64,000 bases of DNA from an uncultured virus (IMG/VR IMGVR_UViG_3300035698_022242) (lineage: Duplodnaviria; Heunggongvirae; Uroviricota; Caudoviricetes). The DNA lies in IMG/VR virus record IMGVR_UViG_3300035698_022242; one strand, given 5' to 3'. This document shows, one piece after another, positions 48,230 through 55,764 of the stretch. Below the pieces are notes generated by a model that was not told where the DNA came from, did not search any database, and saw nothing but the letters and a program-made list of their open reading frames with translations. The translations under genes and the position numbers were made by a program. Within the stretch, counting starts at the first letter, position 1, and each line of letters starts with the position of its first letter.

Positions 48230-50101
48230 CTATTCGGCGTCTATTTTACAGACTGTACCCTTACAAATACATAACTCTTCTGCAGTTCCGCCTTTAAGCT
48301 CTAAAACATATTTAGCCTTAGACGTCCACTTATCAGAAGTTCCTGGCTTCGCATCTTCAATTACATCACCGACAATCAAATCATTTCCATCGTCCAAAAG
48401 GAAAAGAATATCTATAGGAAAATCAACAGCACCCATATGGAAGGTTACTTGCTGTTGCGGGTAAAAGGGAAAGAGCATACCCTCGCCATCATCCAAACCA
48501 TCAACAACTTCAAGCCCAGCCGCTTTAGCCATTGCATCTTCAGCTACTAGTGCGGAGAACTCGTGATCGCCAACACGGACAGCCGTAACGCTAAGATTAT
48601 GCGCTGCTACGCGTTTACTCGCAGTTGTCATATCAAGTTCAAGAGCGGGGTCGTCCGACTCCCCGAAATCTAGTGTTCTTTCTGGCTCTTTTCGCCAATC
48701 TTCTGGTGCTTCCTCTGTCTCAGTTTTAAATGTATTACTTTGCAGTGCTGAGGATAATTCAGTGTACAGTTCACGTAAAACAGACGGATCATATATACGT
48801 GCAATAGCCGCTGTAAGCCGTTGAACAACCGTCATTGCCGTATTAGGGTCTACTTTAAGAAACATAGACTGCAGTACAGGATTGTCAAACACAGCGTTCT
48901 CAGGAATCGAAGTAGCATATGCATCAAGCAATGTAAGAACAGATCTCTGTCCCTGCTCATAATTTGAAAAATCTTGAGCTAAGAGAGACATAAACGCAGC
49001 AGACAATACTGCTGGATCAACATCTCCACTTGCTTTAAATTTTTTCCAAGCAGGAAGAAACTCATCTTCAAATTCTTTAAGTGAATCAATAACCGTATTC
49101 AAATGAAAAGATGCCGTATTATCCTTAACACTGTTTGAATTTAAAAGATCTGATAAACTAGTATCTGATAACGTAAAATTTTTAAATCTATAAAAACACT
49201 CACTTGTAGAAAACCCGTCTTCCTTTACCCCGTAAATATGTTTATGTCGATCCGACCAAATTACGTCTATCAAATACGTTTCTGCACTGTCTATTGACTC
49301 AAACTTTTTAATTGATTTTCCATAATAACACTGCGCTACTACAGCATACTCATTTGATAATACCTCATCATCGTCTAAATTTAATTCAGACAAACTAAAA
49401 TTTTCAAAAGTATAATTACAATAATCGGTACCAAAACCATCTTCCGTTATATTGTGGGCATTTGTTATTACCTCTAATACATACTTTTTTACTTCAGTAA
49501 GTGAATCAAAGTCCGAACTTACAATACCATCCGCGCATACCTCTACAATTGTATATGCGGCAGAAGGCTCATATGCTAATCCCTGCTTTATACGATCTAT
49601 ACTTTCGGATGTTATAGGTGTACCGTAGTACCCTAGCGACATAACCGCCTGTTGTTCTTCCTCCGTAGAATTTTCCAAATCAGTTTCAACAACGTAATCC
49701 CAGGTCAACATCCCGCTATATGAATCAAACCGATCCCATCCTTCAGAAGCATCAGCTTGTTTTTCCGTAACATCTTCTTCTTTTTTCTTTTTTGATTTCT
49801 GATACTTATCCTTATTTACGTGTGTCCGTCCTTTGGTGTCTTTGACAAGATCATTGCTAGGGTTTTGCACCTGTCGCATAACGTCTTGCTTGTACTGATC
49901 ACCAACAGCCGTTTGTATCATACCCTTTTCAATTAAGTATGCGGACAAGTTTTCTAAATCAGTTGTACTCAAATTATACTTATTACTGCCAATAACTTTT
50001 AAATAATCCTTCTCACACAACTTTCCTGATGTAGAATACTTAACATCCAATACAGCCTTTACAAACCTGTATGTACTACTCTTTCTCTTCATCTGAGTCA
50101 C
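48230..50101 (-). CDS. Multidomain protein with C-terminal DUF192 domain
   Basis: C-terminal AAGLE...GEGMLFPF...FHMGAVDFPIDILF...KYVLELKGG is the DUF192 signature; internal duplicated module. Confidence 0.8.
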   Translation of the reverse strand: MTQMKRKSSTYRFVKAVLDVKYSTSGKLCEKDYLKVIGSNKYNLSTTDLENLSAYLIEKGMIQTAVGDQYKQDVMRQVQNPSNDLVKDTKGRTHVNKDKYQKSKKKKEEDVTEKQADASEGWDRFDSYSGMLTWDYVVETDLENSTEEEQQAVMSLGYYGTPITSESIDRIKQGLAYEPSAAYTIVEVCADGIVSSDFDSLTEVKKYVLEVITNAHNITEDGFGTDYCNYTFENFSLSELNLDDDEVLSNEYAVVAQCYYGKSIKKFESIDSAETYLIDVIWSDRHKHIYGVKEDGFSTSECFYRFKNFTLSDTSLSDLLNSNSVKDNTASFHLNTVIDSLKEFEDEFLPAWKKFKASGDVDPAVLSAAFMSLLAQDFSNYEQGQRSVLTLLDAYATSIPENAVFDNPVLQSMFLKVDPNTAMTVVQRLTAAIARIYDPSVLRELYTELSSALQSNTFKTETEEAPEDWRKEPERTLDFGESDDPALELDMTTASKRVAAHNLSVTAVRVGDHEFSALVAEDAMAKAAGLEVVDGLDDGEGMLFPFYPQQQVTFHMGAVDFPIDILFLLDDGNDLIVGDVIEDAKPGTSDKWTSKAKYVLELKGGTAEELCICKGTVCKIDAE

Positions 50102-50663
50102 CCTCTAGGGCTTCCTTCTTCTTTGATTTATTACGTTTAGTATACTTTCTCTTTTTCCGTGTTTTACTTTCTTCTTCTACTTCTACTTTTTCTTCTTCTA
50201 CTTCTACTTTTTCTTCTTCTACTTCTTCTACTTCTTCTTCTACTTCTTCTTCTACTTTTTCTTCTTCTTCTACTTTTTCTTCTACTTTTTCTTCTTCTTC
50301 TACTTTTTCTTCTTTTTCTTCTTCTACTTCTGGTTCCTGTGCTACAGGTTCCTCAACCTCTTCCCACACTGGATCCGGCACATCAGATAAATCAACAGCA
50401 ACTACAGGTACAAACTTCGGTGCAGTTACTTTTTTTGTAGGAAACGGGGATTTAATAGCAGTTCTACCGACACCCTGCTCAGAATCATGAAGCAACACAA
50501 GTACTTTCTTACCTAAATATGTCACTAATTCACCACTATTCTTTATAAATTTTCGAGAACAATGGGGTTCTAAGTCAAAAGACTGTCCAGGTTGTAATAC
50601 AATACTCCCAACCTCAAGAGTGACTGGAAGCATTTGATTTGTTGCGTTTCTTATCTTATACAT
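50076..50663 (-). CDS. Hypothetical protein with Glu-rich repeat
   Basis: Folded N-terminus plus (EEEKV)n tract and basic tail; AGGAG RBS. Confidence 0.65.
   Translation of the reverse strand: MYKIRNATNQMLPVTLEVGSIVLQPGQSFDLEPHCSRKFIKNSGELVTYLGKKVLVLLHDSEQGVGRTAIKSPFPTKKVTAPKFVPVVAVDLSDVPDPVWEEVEEPVAQEPEVEEEKEEKVEEEEKVEEKVEEEEKVEEEVEEEVEEVEEEKVEVEEEKVEVEEESKTRKKRKYTKRNKSKKKEALEGDSDEEKE
50164..50330 (-). repeat. Low-complexity GAA/GTA-rich coding repeat (EEEKV)
   Basis: Repeated ttcttcttctac(ttt) on + strand. Confidence 0.85.
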
Positions 50664-50696
50664 AATTGAAAGCTCCTTTTTTTACGTGGCATGCTT

Positions 50697-50729
50697 ATAC
50701 TACAAGAAAAGTGAATAGAAAGTTAAACT
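50697..50729 (-). promoter_or_regulatory. Putative promoter AGTTTA-N21-TAGTAT
   Basis: Recurring motif upstream of 50076..50663. Confidence 0.35.
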
Positions 50730-52638
50730 ACTGTAATCCAAATCCTTTAGGACGTAATGGCAAAAATCTTCCTACAGTACCCCGTTTTTTCATAGGTCTT
50801 CTACTTTTGTTCATTTCCCTGAGTTCATTCTGTGTGATAATGGTATCAGGACGCATCAATAAACGGTGAACACCGATATAGCACTGAATCATATCGTTGT
50901 GCCCACCAGGAGGGTGATCTACCTTTACACCATCATCATTTAATTTTTTCAACTCTTTTAAAGCTTTCGAACAAGGCATATTTCTACGAATGAATGGATC
51001 CCCTACATCATCCTCCCGTGCAGGAAAACGTATTCTTCCCTCTATCATTGAATTTAAAAAGAAAACATGATCATCTCTTGAAAAGTTCTTTTGAAACGCT
51101 AAAATACCAGCAGTTCGTAATCGCTGAATCTGATCCGTTGAATTCCACCTATCGTACGAAACATACTTAATTGTCAACTTCTTTGCTAATTCTAAGATAA
51201 CTTCTACCATAGCTGGGAAATACACTTCACAAGGATCGAGTCCCTGTCTATTATTCTTCGGGATTGGGCGGCATTCAATAGACCCATCTACAATAACATC
51301 ATCTTCCCCAAAATGTCCTATAGCTAAACAAAAACTATCGTTCTTTTGCCCAGGATCACAGTGAATGACATACTCTGCCAAATTACTGTACTTAACATCT
51401 AATACTTTAGGTTTTACGTAACTAAATTCATACTCTTCAAGTTGCTCTTTAAAAAATGTCTCAGACAATGTAAAAAGAGATTTACGTTCTTTATCTATAG
51501 ATAAATCTATAATTGCAGGATTCTTTACGAACGGATTTTCTGCGCCTGGGGGATTCGCCCCGTAATCACGCTCAGCGCCTAATTCGTCAGATGCGTACTC
51601 TTCTGCCAAATCTTCTTGAGTAATATCTGGATTAAATTCCCACGTCGCTTTATGGAATGCAAACATCTTATCATTTTTTTCAGCATCTTTTAACAACTGC
51701 ATTGCTTTATCGTCATCAAATAACGGACTACTAATACAAAACATCCGAGCATCTGGTACATCATAGATGCCACGTTTACGTAATCTCTCTACAGATGCAC
51801 GGATAGTAACCAATGATCGCTTAAGAACACGATACACCTCAGTAGCTGACCGGCGAGATGCACCGCCGTCCATACGACTCAACTCGTCCATAACAGCGAA
51901 TATTCGTGTTTTCCCAGCAATTGTGCCAGAGTTAGACGTTAATGATTTCAAACGAATGTGCTTATCTTTAAAATGGATGCTGTTCGCGGTTTGCCAATAT
52001 AAATCACCGCGCCGTAAATCTGGATCTAAAATTTCTAAATCCATAAGTTTATTTTTATATGCTTGAAACCACGGCGATGCATCGTAAAATCCTCTAAAGT
52101 TTCCGTAAATGGTTTCACTAGCCTGCTCCCCCGATGCTGCAACAAAAGCCCCATCAATTTCCTGACTTCTTACCAAGCCCAATCTTTCTTGTAGTTTATC
52201 CACGCACAGAAGCTCATGCACGATTGCTGCAGACATGCACGAAGCAAGCACCGATTTACCCCCGCGCATCCCAACAACACCAATCATTTCATTATACGTC
52301 CGATACATGCCCGAATTTTTCCTACGATCATACCCACACACAGGACAAACGTTGAATTCTAAAAGTAACTGATCCTTCCTAGGAACATCATTAGTAGTCA
52401 TTATGCGTTCAATGTCGTTGCACATAGGGCATAAAAGCTCAAAGAAATCCCGCACAACACAAAATTGGGGTTCATGCAATTCAGGTCCATCTAAAAACTT
52501 GGGAGATTCAATAAAGACTACTTGATTGGGTGCTTTGTCTAAGCTAACCCGCCCACGACTACGGGGGACTACCTTAAGCTGCCCATCTAACAATCCACTT
52601 ATCCCGAAAAAAATATCATCTTTTTTTTCATTAGTCAT
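50728..52638 (-). CDS. terL: Terminase large subunit
   Basis: Walker A GMRGGKS, Walker B FAVMDE, ISSP coupling motif, ATWEFNP, nuclease HCDPG...DSF, SYDRWNS, VDHPPGGHND. Confidence 0.93.
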   Translation of the reverse strand: MTNEKKDDIFFGISGLLDGQLKVVPRSRGRVSLDKAPNQVVFIESPKFLDGPELHEPQFCVVRDFFELLCPMCNDIERIMTTNDVPRKDQLLLEFNVCPVCGYDRRKNSGMYRTYNEMIGVVGMRGGKSVLASCMSAAIVHELLCVDKLQERLGLVRSQEIDGAFVAASGEQASETIYGNFRGFYDASPWFQAYKNKLMDLEILDPDLRRGDLYWQTANSIHFKDKHIRLKSLTSNSGTIAGKTRIFAVMDELSRMDGGASRRSATEVYRVLKRSLVTIRASVERLRKRGIYDVPDARMFCISSPLFDDDKAMQLLKDAEKNDKMFAFHKATWEFNPDITQEDLAEEYASDELGAERDYGANPPGAENPFVKNPAIIDLSIDKERKSLFTLSETFFKEQLEEYEFSYVKPKVLDVKYSNLAEYVIHCDPGQKNDSFCLAIGHFGEDDVIVDGSIECRPIPKNNRQGLDPCEVYFPAMVEVILELAKKLTIKYVSYDRWNSTDQIQRLRTAGILAFQKNFSRDDHVFFLNSMIEGRIRFPAREDDVGDPFIRRNMPCSKALKELKKLNDDGVKVDHPPGGHNDMIQCYIGVHRLLMRPDTIITQNELREMNKSRRPMKKRGTVGRFLPLRPKGFGLQ

Positions 52639-53215
52639 TTTTACCCTTTAATTTATCAACTATATCCCAGCGAGGAGTGAAGGTAAACACAGATTTTTCT
52701 ATCCCACGCATCCTACCAATTTTAAAAATTCGTATACTACCAGCGTCAAGGTCATACCCATACAAGATAATTTCCCCAGCAGAATTCATAGTAAGCTTGT
52801 ACGGCTCCACAGACCGGCTAGAAGGGTCCTTTGCCCCCTTCGAGTAGTAGGCGAAGTCTACAACAGACTTACTGCCCATAGCGGCGCGTATCGCCTCTAC
52901 TGGCTTCCCTTGCGGCGGAGCATCAGCGTGAACATCATCTACTACCGATTTTTCCTTAGAATGTTTCGCGGGTCTTTCACGTAACGTAATAAGATTCATC
53001 TTTTTACTTTTTTTATTTTTAGTAATCTGATCTACAGACTTACCAAACGAAACCGTAGAATCACACTTTTCACAAAAAAATGTATCGCGATTATTAGAGG
53101 TTTCCACGAAAGATAATGGCCCACCACATCCCGGACATTCCTTCATATTTACTTGTCGTATTTTGTTTTTAGCAAGTTGCTTCTTTAGCTCGGATTTTTT
53201 TCTGTACACGTACAT
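52631..53215 (-). CDS. Zinc-ribbon + WYL domain protein
   Basis: CPGC...CEKC, then VDFAYYS...RSVEPYKL...LYGYDL...IRIFKIGRM (WYL); ORF 52631..53239. Confidence 0.85.
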   Translation of the reverse strand: MYVYRKKSELKKQLAKNKIRQVNMKECPGCGGPLSFVETSNNRDTFFCEKCDSTVSFGKSVDQITKNKKSKKMNLITLRERPAKHSKEKSVVDDVHADAPPQGKPVEAIRAAMGSKSVVDFAYYSKGAKDPSSRSVEPYKLTMNSAGEIILYGYDLDAGSIRIFKIGRMRGIEKSVFTFTPRWDIVDKLKGKND

Positions 53216-53221
53216 AGGTAC

Positions 53222-53254
53222 ATAATACAATACATTCAAGATAAAAGATTAACT
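53222..53254 (-). promoter_or_regulatory. Putative promoter AGTTAA-N21-TATTAT (leaderless)
   Basis: Recurring motif; -10 is 6 nt before ATG 53215. Confidence 0.4.
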
Positions 53255-53993
53255 AAGATTTTGTAAATTTTGCAAAAGAATTAGCTTTTTTATATGATGA
53301 AAAGGTACCAGCATCCGTCCACCAACCATTAAGATTAATATAATCTAATTGTCCAAAATTTAAATATGCTTTATTTATATCTGTAATTTCGTATTCGCCT
53401 CGCCAAGATTTCTTAAGATTTTTTATAAAGGAAAATACAGATGTGTCATAAACATAAAGTCCTGTAATTATGTAACTATTACTCAAAGACTCATCATACT
53501 TTTTAAGGTGCTCTAATGGAGGCTTTTCAACAAGAATCAGTTCATCTTTACTCACAATTGTCGCAACACCAAAACGCGGTAAGTCTTCTGGAGCATCCGG
53601 TTTATACAACACGATCCTGGCTGGTTGCTGTGCGTCAACCAAAATAGGCCTCAAATCGCCAGAAAACATGTTATCGCCCAGAATTACACAAATCTTGGAA
53701 CGCACAAACCCCTCTGCAAGAGACAGTGCACCAGCAATGCCATCTGCATCTTCTTGCACCCGGTAAGTTATATCGCACCCAAAATCAATTCCAGATCCAA
53801 AATAATTGATAATGCTCCCAGCATGATCACGCCCAGTAACAATCATAATATCAGTTATGCCAGCCTCCACCATTTTCTCAAGGGGATGCTGAAGCATTGG
53901 ACGATTTCCGACAGGAAGAAGATGTTTGTTTACAATCGACGTTAATGGAGCAAGTCGAGAACCTGTACCCCCCGCAAGTAATAACCCACGCAT
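53253..53993 (-). CDS. rmlA: Glucose-1-phosphate thymidylyltransferase-like nucleotidyltransferase
   Basis: LAGGTGSRLAPLT..NKHLLPV, GIAGAL, LGDN, RFGVA, VEKP, RGEYEITD, WTDAGT; start at ATG 53993 (TAATG overlap). Confidence 0.93.
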   Translation of the reverse strand: MRGLLLAGGTGSRLAPLTSIVNKHLLPVGNRPMLQHPLEKMVEAGITDIMIVTGRDHAGSIINYFGSGIDFGCDITYRVQEDADGIAGALSLAEGFVRSKICVILGDNMFSGDLRPILVDAQQPARIVLYKPDAPEDLPRFGVATIVSKDELILVEKPPLEHLKKYDESLSNSYIITGLYVYDTSVFSFIKNLKKSWRGEYEITDINKAYLNFGQLDYINLNGWWTDAGTFSSYKKANSFAKFTKS

Positions 53994-54397
53994 TAAGACA
54001 CCCCATAAACAACCAGGACTGTTGTACCAATCCCTAACACAACGCCCACAGAAAACCATAAATAAGGGCTTTTGTACCATGCAGTCTGCGTATCTAAAGC
54101 AGCAGTTAACCCATTGATTTCATCTTGTAAATACACTTTTTGATCGTTCATATTGACTAAATTTTTCTCTAATAAAGAAATTCTAACACCCCGTAATTTA
54201 ATTAACTGATCTTGATTTTTCAACTGTAATTCAAGTTTTGGATATTTAACTCTAAGACCTAATAAAAACAACGCAGATTCTCGATCAAATGCTACAAAAT
54301 CCACACCATCAATACTCATCGATCTAATATCTTCACCTGCATTTGTGTTGACAACACAACAACAAAGTAAAGTAAATACAATAACTAAGAAGCGCAT
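53993..54397 (-). CDS. Signal peptide + coiled coil + C-terminal TM protein (spanin-like)
   Basis: MRFLVIVFTLLCCCVVNTNA signal; C-terminal WFSVGVVLGIGTTVLVVYGV TM. Confidence 0.55.
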   Translation of the reverse strand: MRFLVIVFTLLCCCVVNTNAGEDIRSMSIDGVDFVAFDRESALFLLGLRVKYPKLELQLKNQDQLIKLRGVRISLLEKNLVNMNDQKVYLQDEINGLTAALDTQTAWYKSPYLWFSVGVVLGIGTTVLVVYGVS

Positions 54398-54750
54398 CAG
54401 AACTTTACCCCTATTTTTTTAAACGCGTCTGTAATTTCATCTGCAGACATACTACCATCTAATTGAATCTCAAGTTCTCTTTTTATCTTATTGATTTCTA
54501 ATTCTACTAATTTTTCATCATCTTTAATTTTTACAATCTCAGATAAATTTATATTGTATTTCATTGATAATTTTTCTAATTTTAACTTGGACTCAAGAAT
54601 CAAGATTTTATTACGCAATTCTACTATTTTTTTATTACGGTGGCCCCACCATAAGATAAGAATAACAAACAGGAGTACACCAATAAAGAATAAAACTACT
54701 TTTGTATGGTGTTTAATCCATACCCAAATTTTTCCTAATATTTTTTCCAT
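54397..54750 (-). CDS. N-terminal TM + coiled-coil protein (i-spanin-like)
   Basis: VVLFFIGVLLFVILILWW TM followed by heptads; 1-nt overlap with next gene. Confidence 0.55.
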   Translation of the reverse strand: MEKILGKIWVWIKHHTKVVLFFIGVLLFVILILWWGHRNKKIVELRNKILILESKLKLEKLSMKYNINLSEIVKIKDDEKLVELEINKIKRELEIQLDGSMSADEITDAFKKIGVKF

Positions 54751-54752
54751 GG

Positions 54753-55376
54753 TTAGTCGTCTTCAAATAAATCTTCATCATCCTCATCTTCATTGTTCAC
54801 TTTCTCTTCTTCATCTTCCTCAATCTCTTCCTCAATCTCTTCCTCATCTTCCTCAATTTTTTCAGCATCTTCAGCATCTTCATCCAGGTCAGAATCAGGA
54901 TCTCCCAATTTGATATTCTTGATTTTATCAGATACTAAATTACCAAGTTTGACAAGATTTACAGTATAAAGTCCATGTCGTTTTATAATTTCACCAAATT
55001 CTTCAACATCATGTGGTAAAATTTTTATTTTGGTATCTCCAGTTTTTTCATCCTCTTCAACCCAGCAATGGGAAAGTTCATGATCAATCACAGCAATTCT
55101 AATAGACTCATCTAAATTTTTCCATTTTGGATATGCTACAGTAATAATAAAATCATATCCAGATAATACTTTATTTTTTGTAGAAATCTTTTCAGCAGTT
55201 GCAACTACTTCACGTCCTTTCATTTTTATATCTTTATTTTTAAAAAGGTATGCAATTTTACAACTTACAAGATGTTTATGATATTGTCCAATTAATGGTT
55301 TTGCATACTTTTCTACTTCTGGTGCAGGATCATAACTAATTGGTATCCTCTTTACTTGCGTTCCTTTTGCCATCAA
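54753..55376 (-). CDS. Phage putative metallopeptidase with acidic tail
   Basis: IAYLFK, DFIITV, IDHELSHC, PHDVEEF..II.RHG motifs. Confidence 0.85.
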   Translation of the reverse strand: MMAKGTQVKRIPISYDPAPEVEKYAKPLIGQYHKHLVSCKIAYLFKNKDIKMKGREVVATAEKISTKNKVLSGYDFIITVAYPKWKNLDESIRIAVIDHELSHCWVEEDEKTGDTKIKILPHDVEEFGEIIKRHGLYTVNLVKLGNLVSDKIKNIKLGDPDSDLDEDAEDAEKIEEDEEEIEEEIEEDEEEKVNNEDEDDEDLFEDD

Positions 55377-55523
55377 TTAAATCCTTTCAATGAAGTTTTG
55401 ATGCTCACCAGATAATACTCCAAGTGTTTATAAAAAGTTTATTAATAATTTAGAAGGTGGTGGGGATTAGGACACCCGCTACCACCTGCGTTAGCAGGTA
55501 ACTGTATTTAATATATCATTGTT

Positions 55524-55627
55524 AAGATCCTTATATAAATCTCTTGTACAAATGCCTTATTAAAGATCCTTGTATAAGTCACTTGTATAAGGCCCTTGTA
55601 TGTGTCCCTTGTACAAGACCCTGGCCC
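55524..55627. repeat. Tandem array of 7-8 degenerate 13-bp units (consensus AAGNNCCTTGTAT)
   Basis: aagatccttatat aaatctcttgtac aaatgccttatta aagatccttgtat aagtcacttgtat aaggcccttgtat gtgtcccttgtac aagaccctggccc. Confidence 0.85.
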
Positions 55628-55643
55628 CAGGGGTAAACATAGT

Positions 55644-55665
55644 CCCTTACCCTTAAGGGTAAGGG
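55644..55665. repeat. Perfect 22-bp palindrome CCCTTACCCTTAAGGGTAAGGG
   Basis: Self-reverse-complement checked by hand. Confidence 0.95.
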
Positions 55666-55764
55666 TTAACTTTTTTTCACCAAAAACCTGCACGAAAAAA
55701 CCCGATATTGCAGTTGAGTATAATATCATGGACGAAACGAAATCTTAACCTTTGAGAGGGTGCA

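Noticed and set aside
50071..50490. Plus-strand poly-Ser and poly-Leu ORFs
   Set aside because: Antisense shadows of the Glu-rich repeat
53994..54080. N-terminal extension of rmlA given in the ORF track
   Set aside because: Overlaps the upstream gene; the family motif begins at MRGLLLAGG (ATG 53993)
659..54913. Numerous plus-strand ORFs of 60-180 aa opposite the minus-strand genes
   Set aside because: Antisense to well-supported genes, with no RBS or motifs; only 22159..23085 is credible
55524..55627. 13-bp array as a CRISPR array
   Set aside because: Units are contiguous, too short and have no spacers; no cas operon is present
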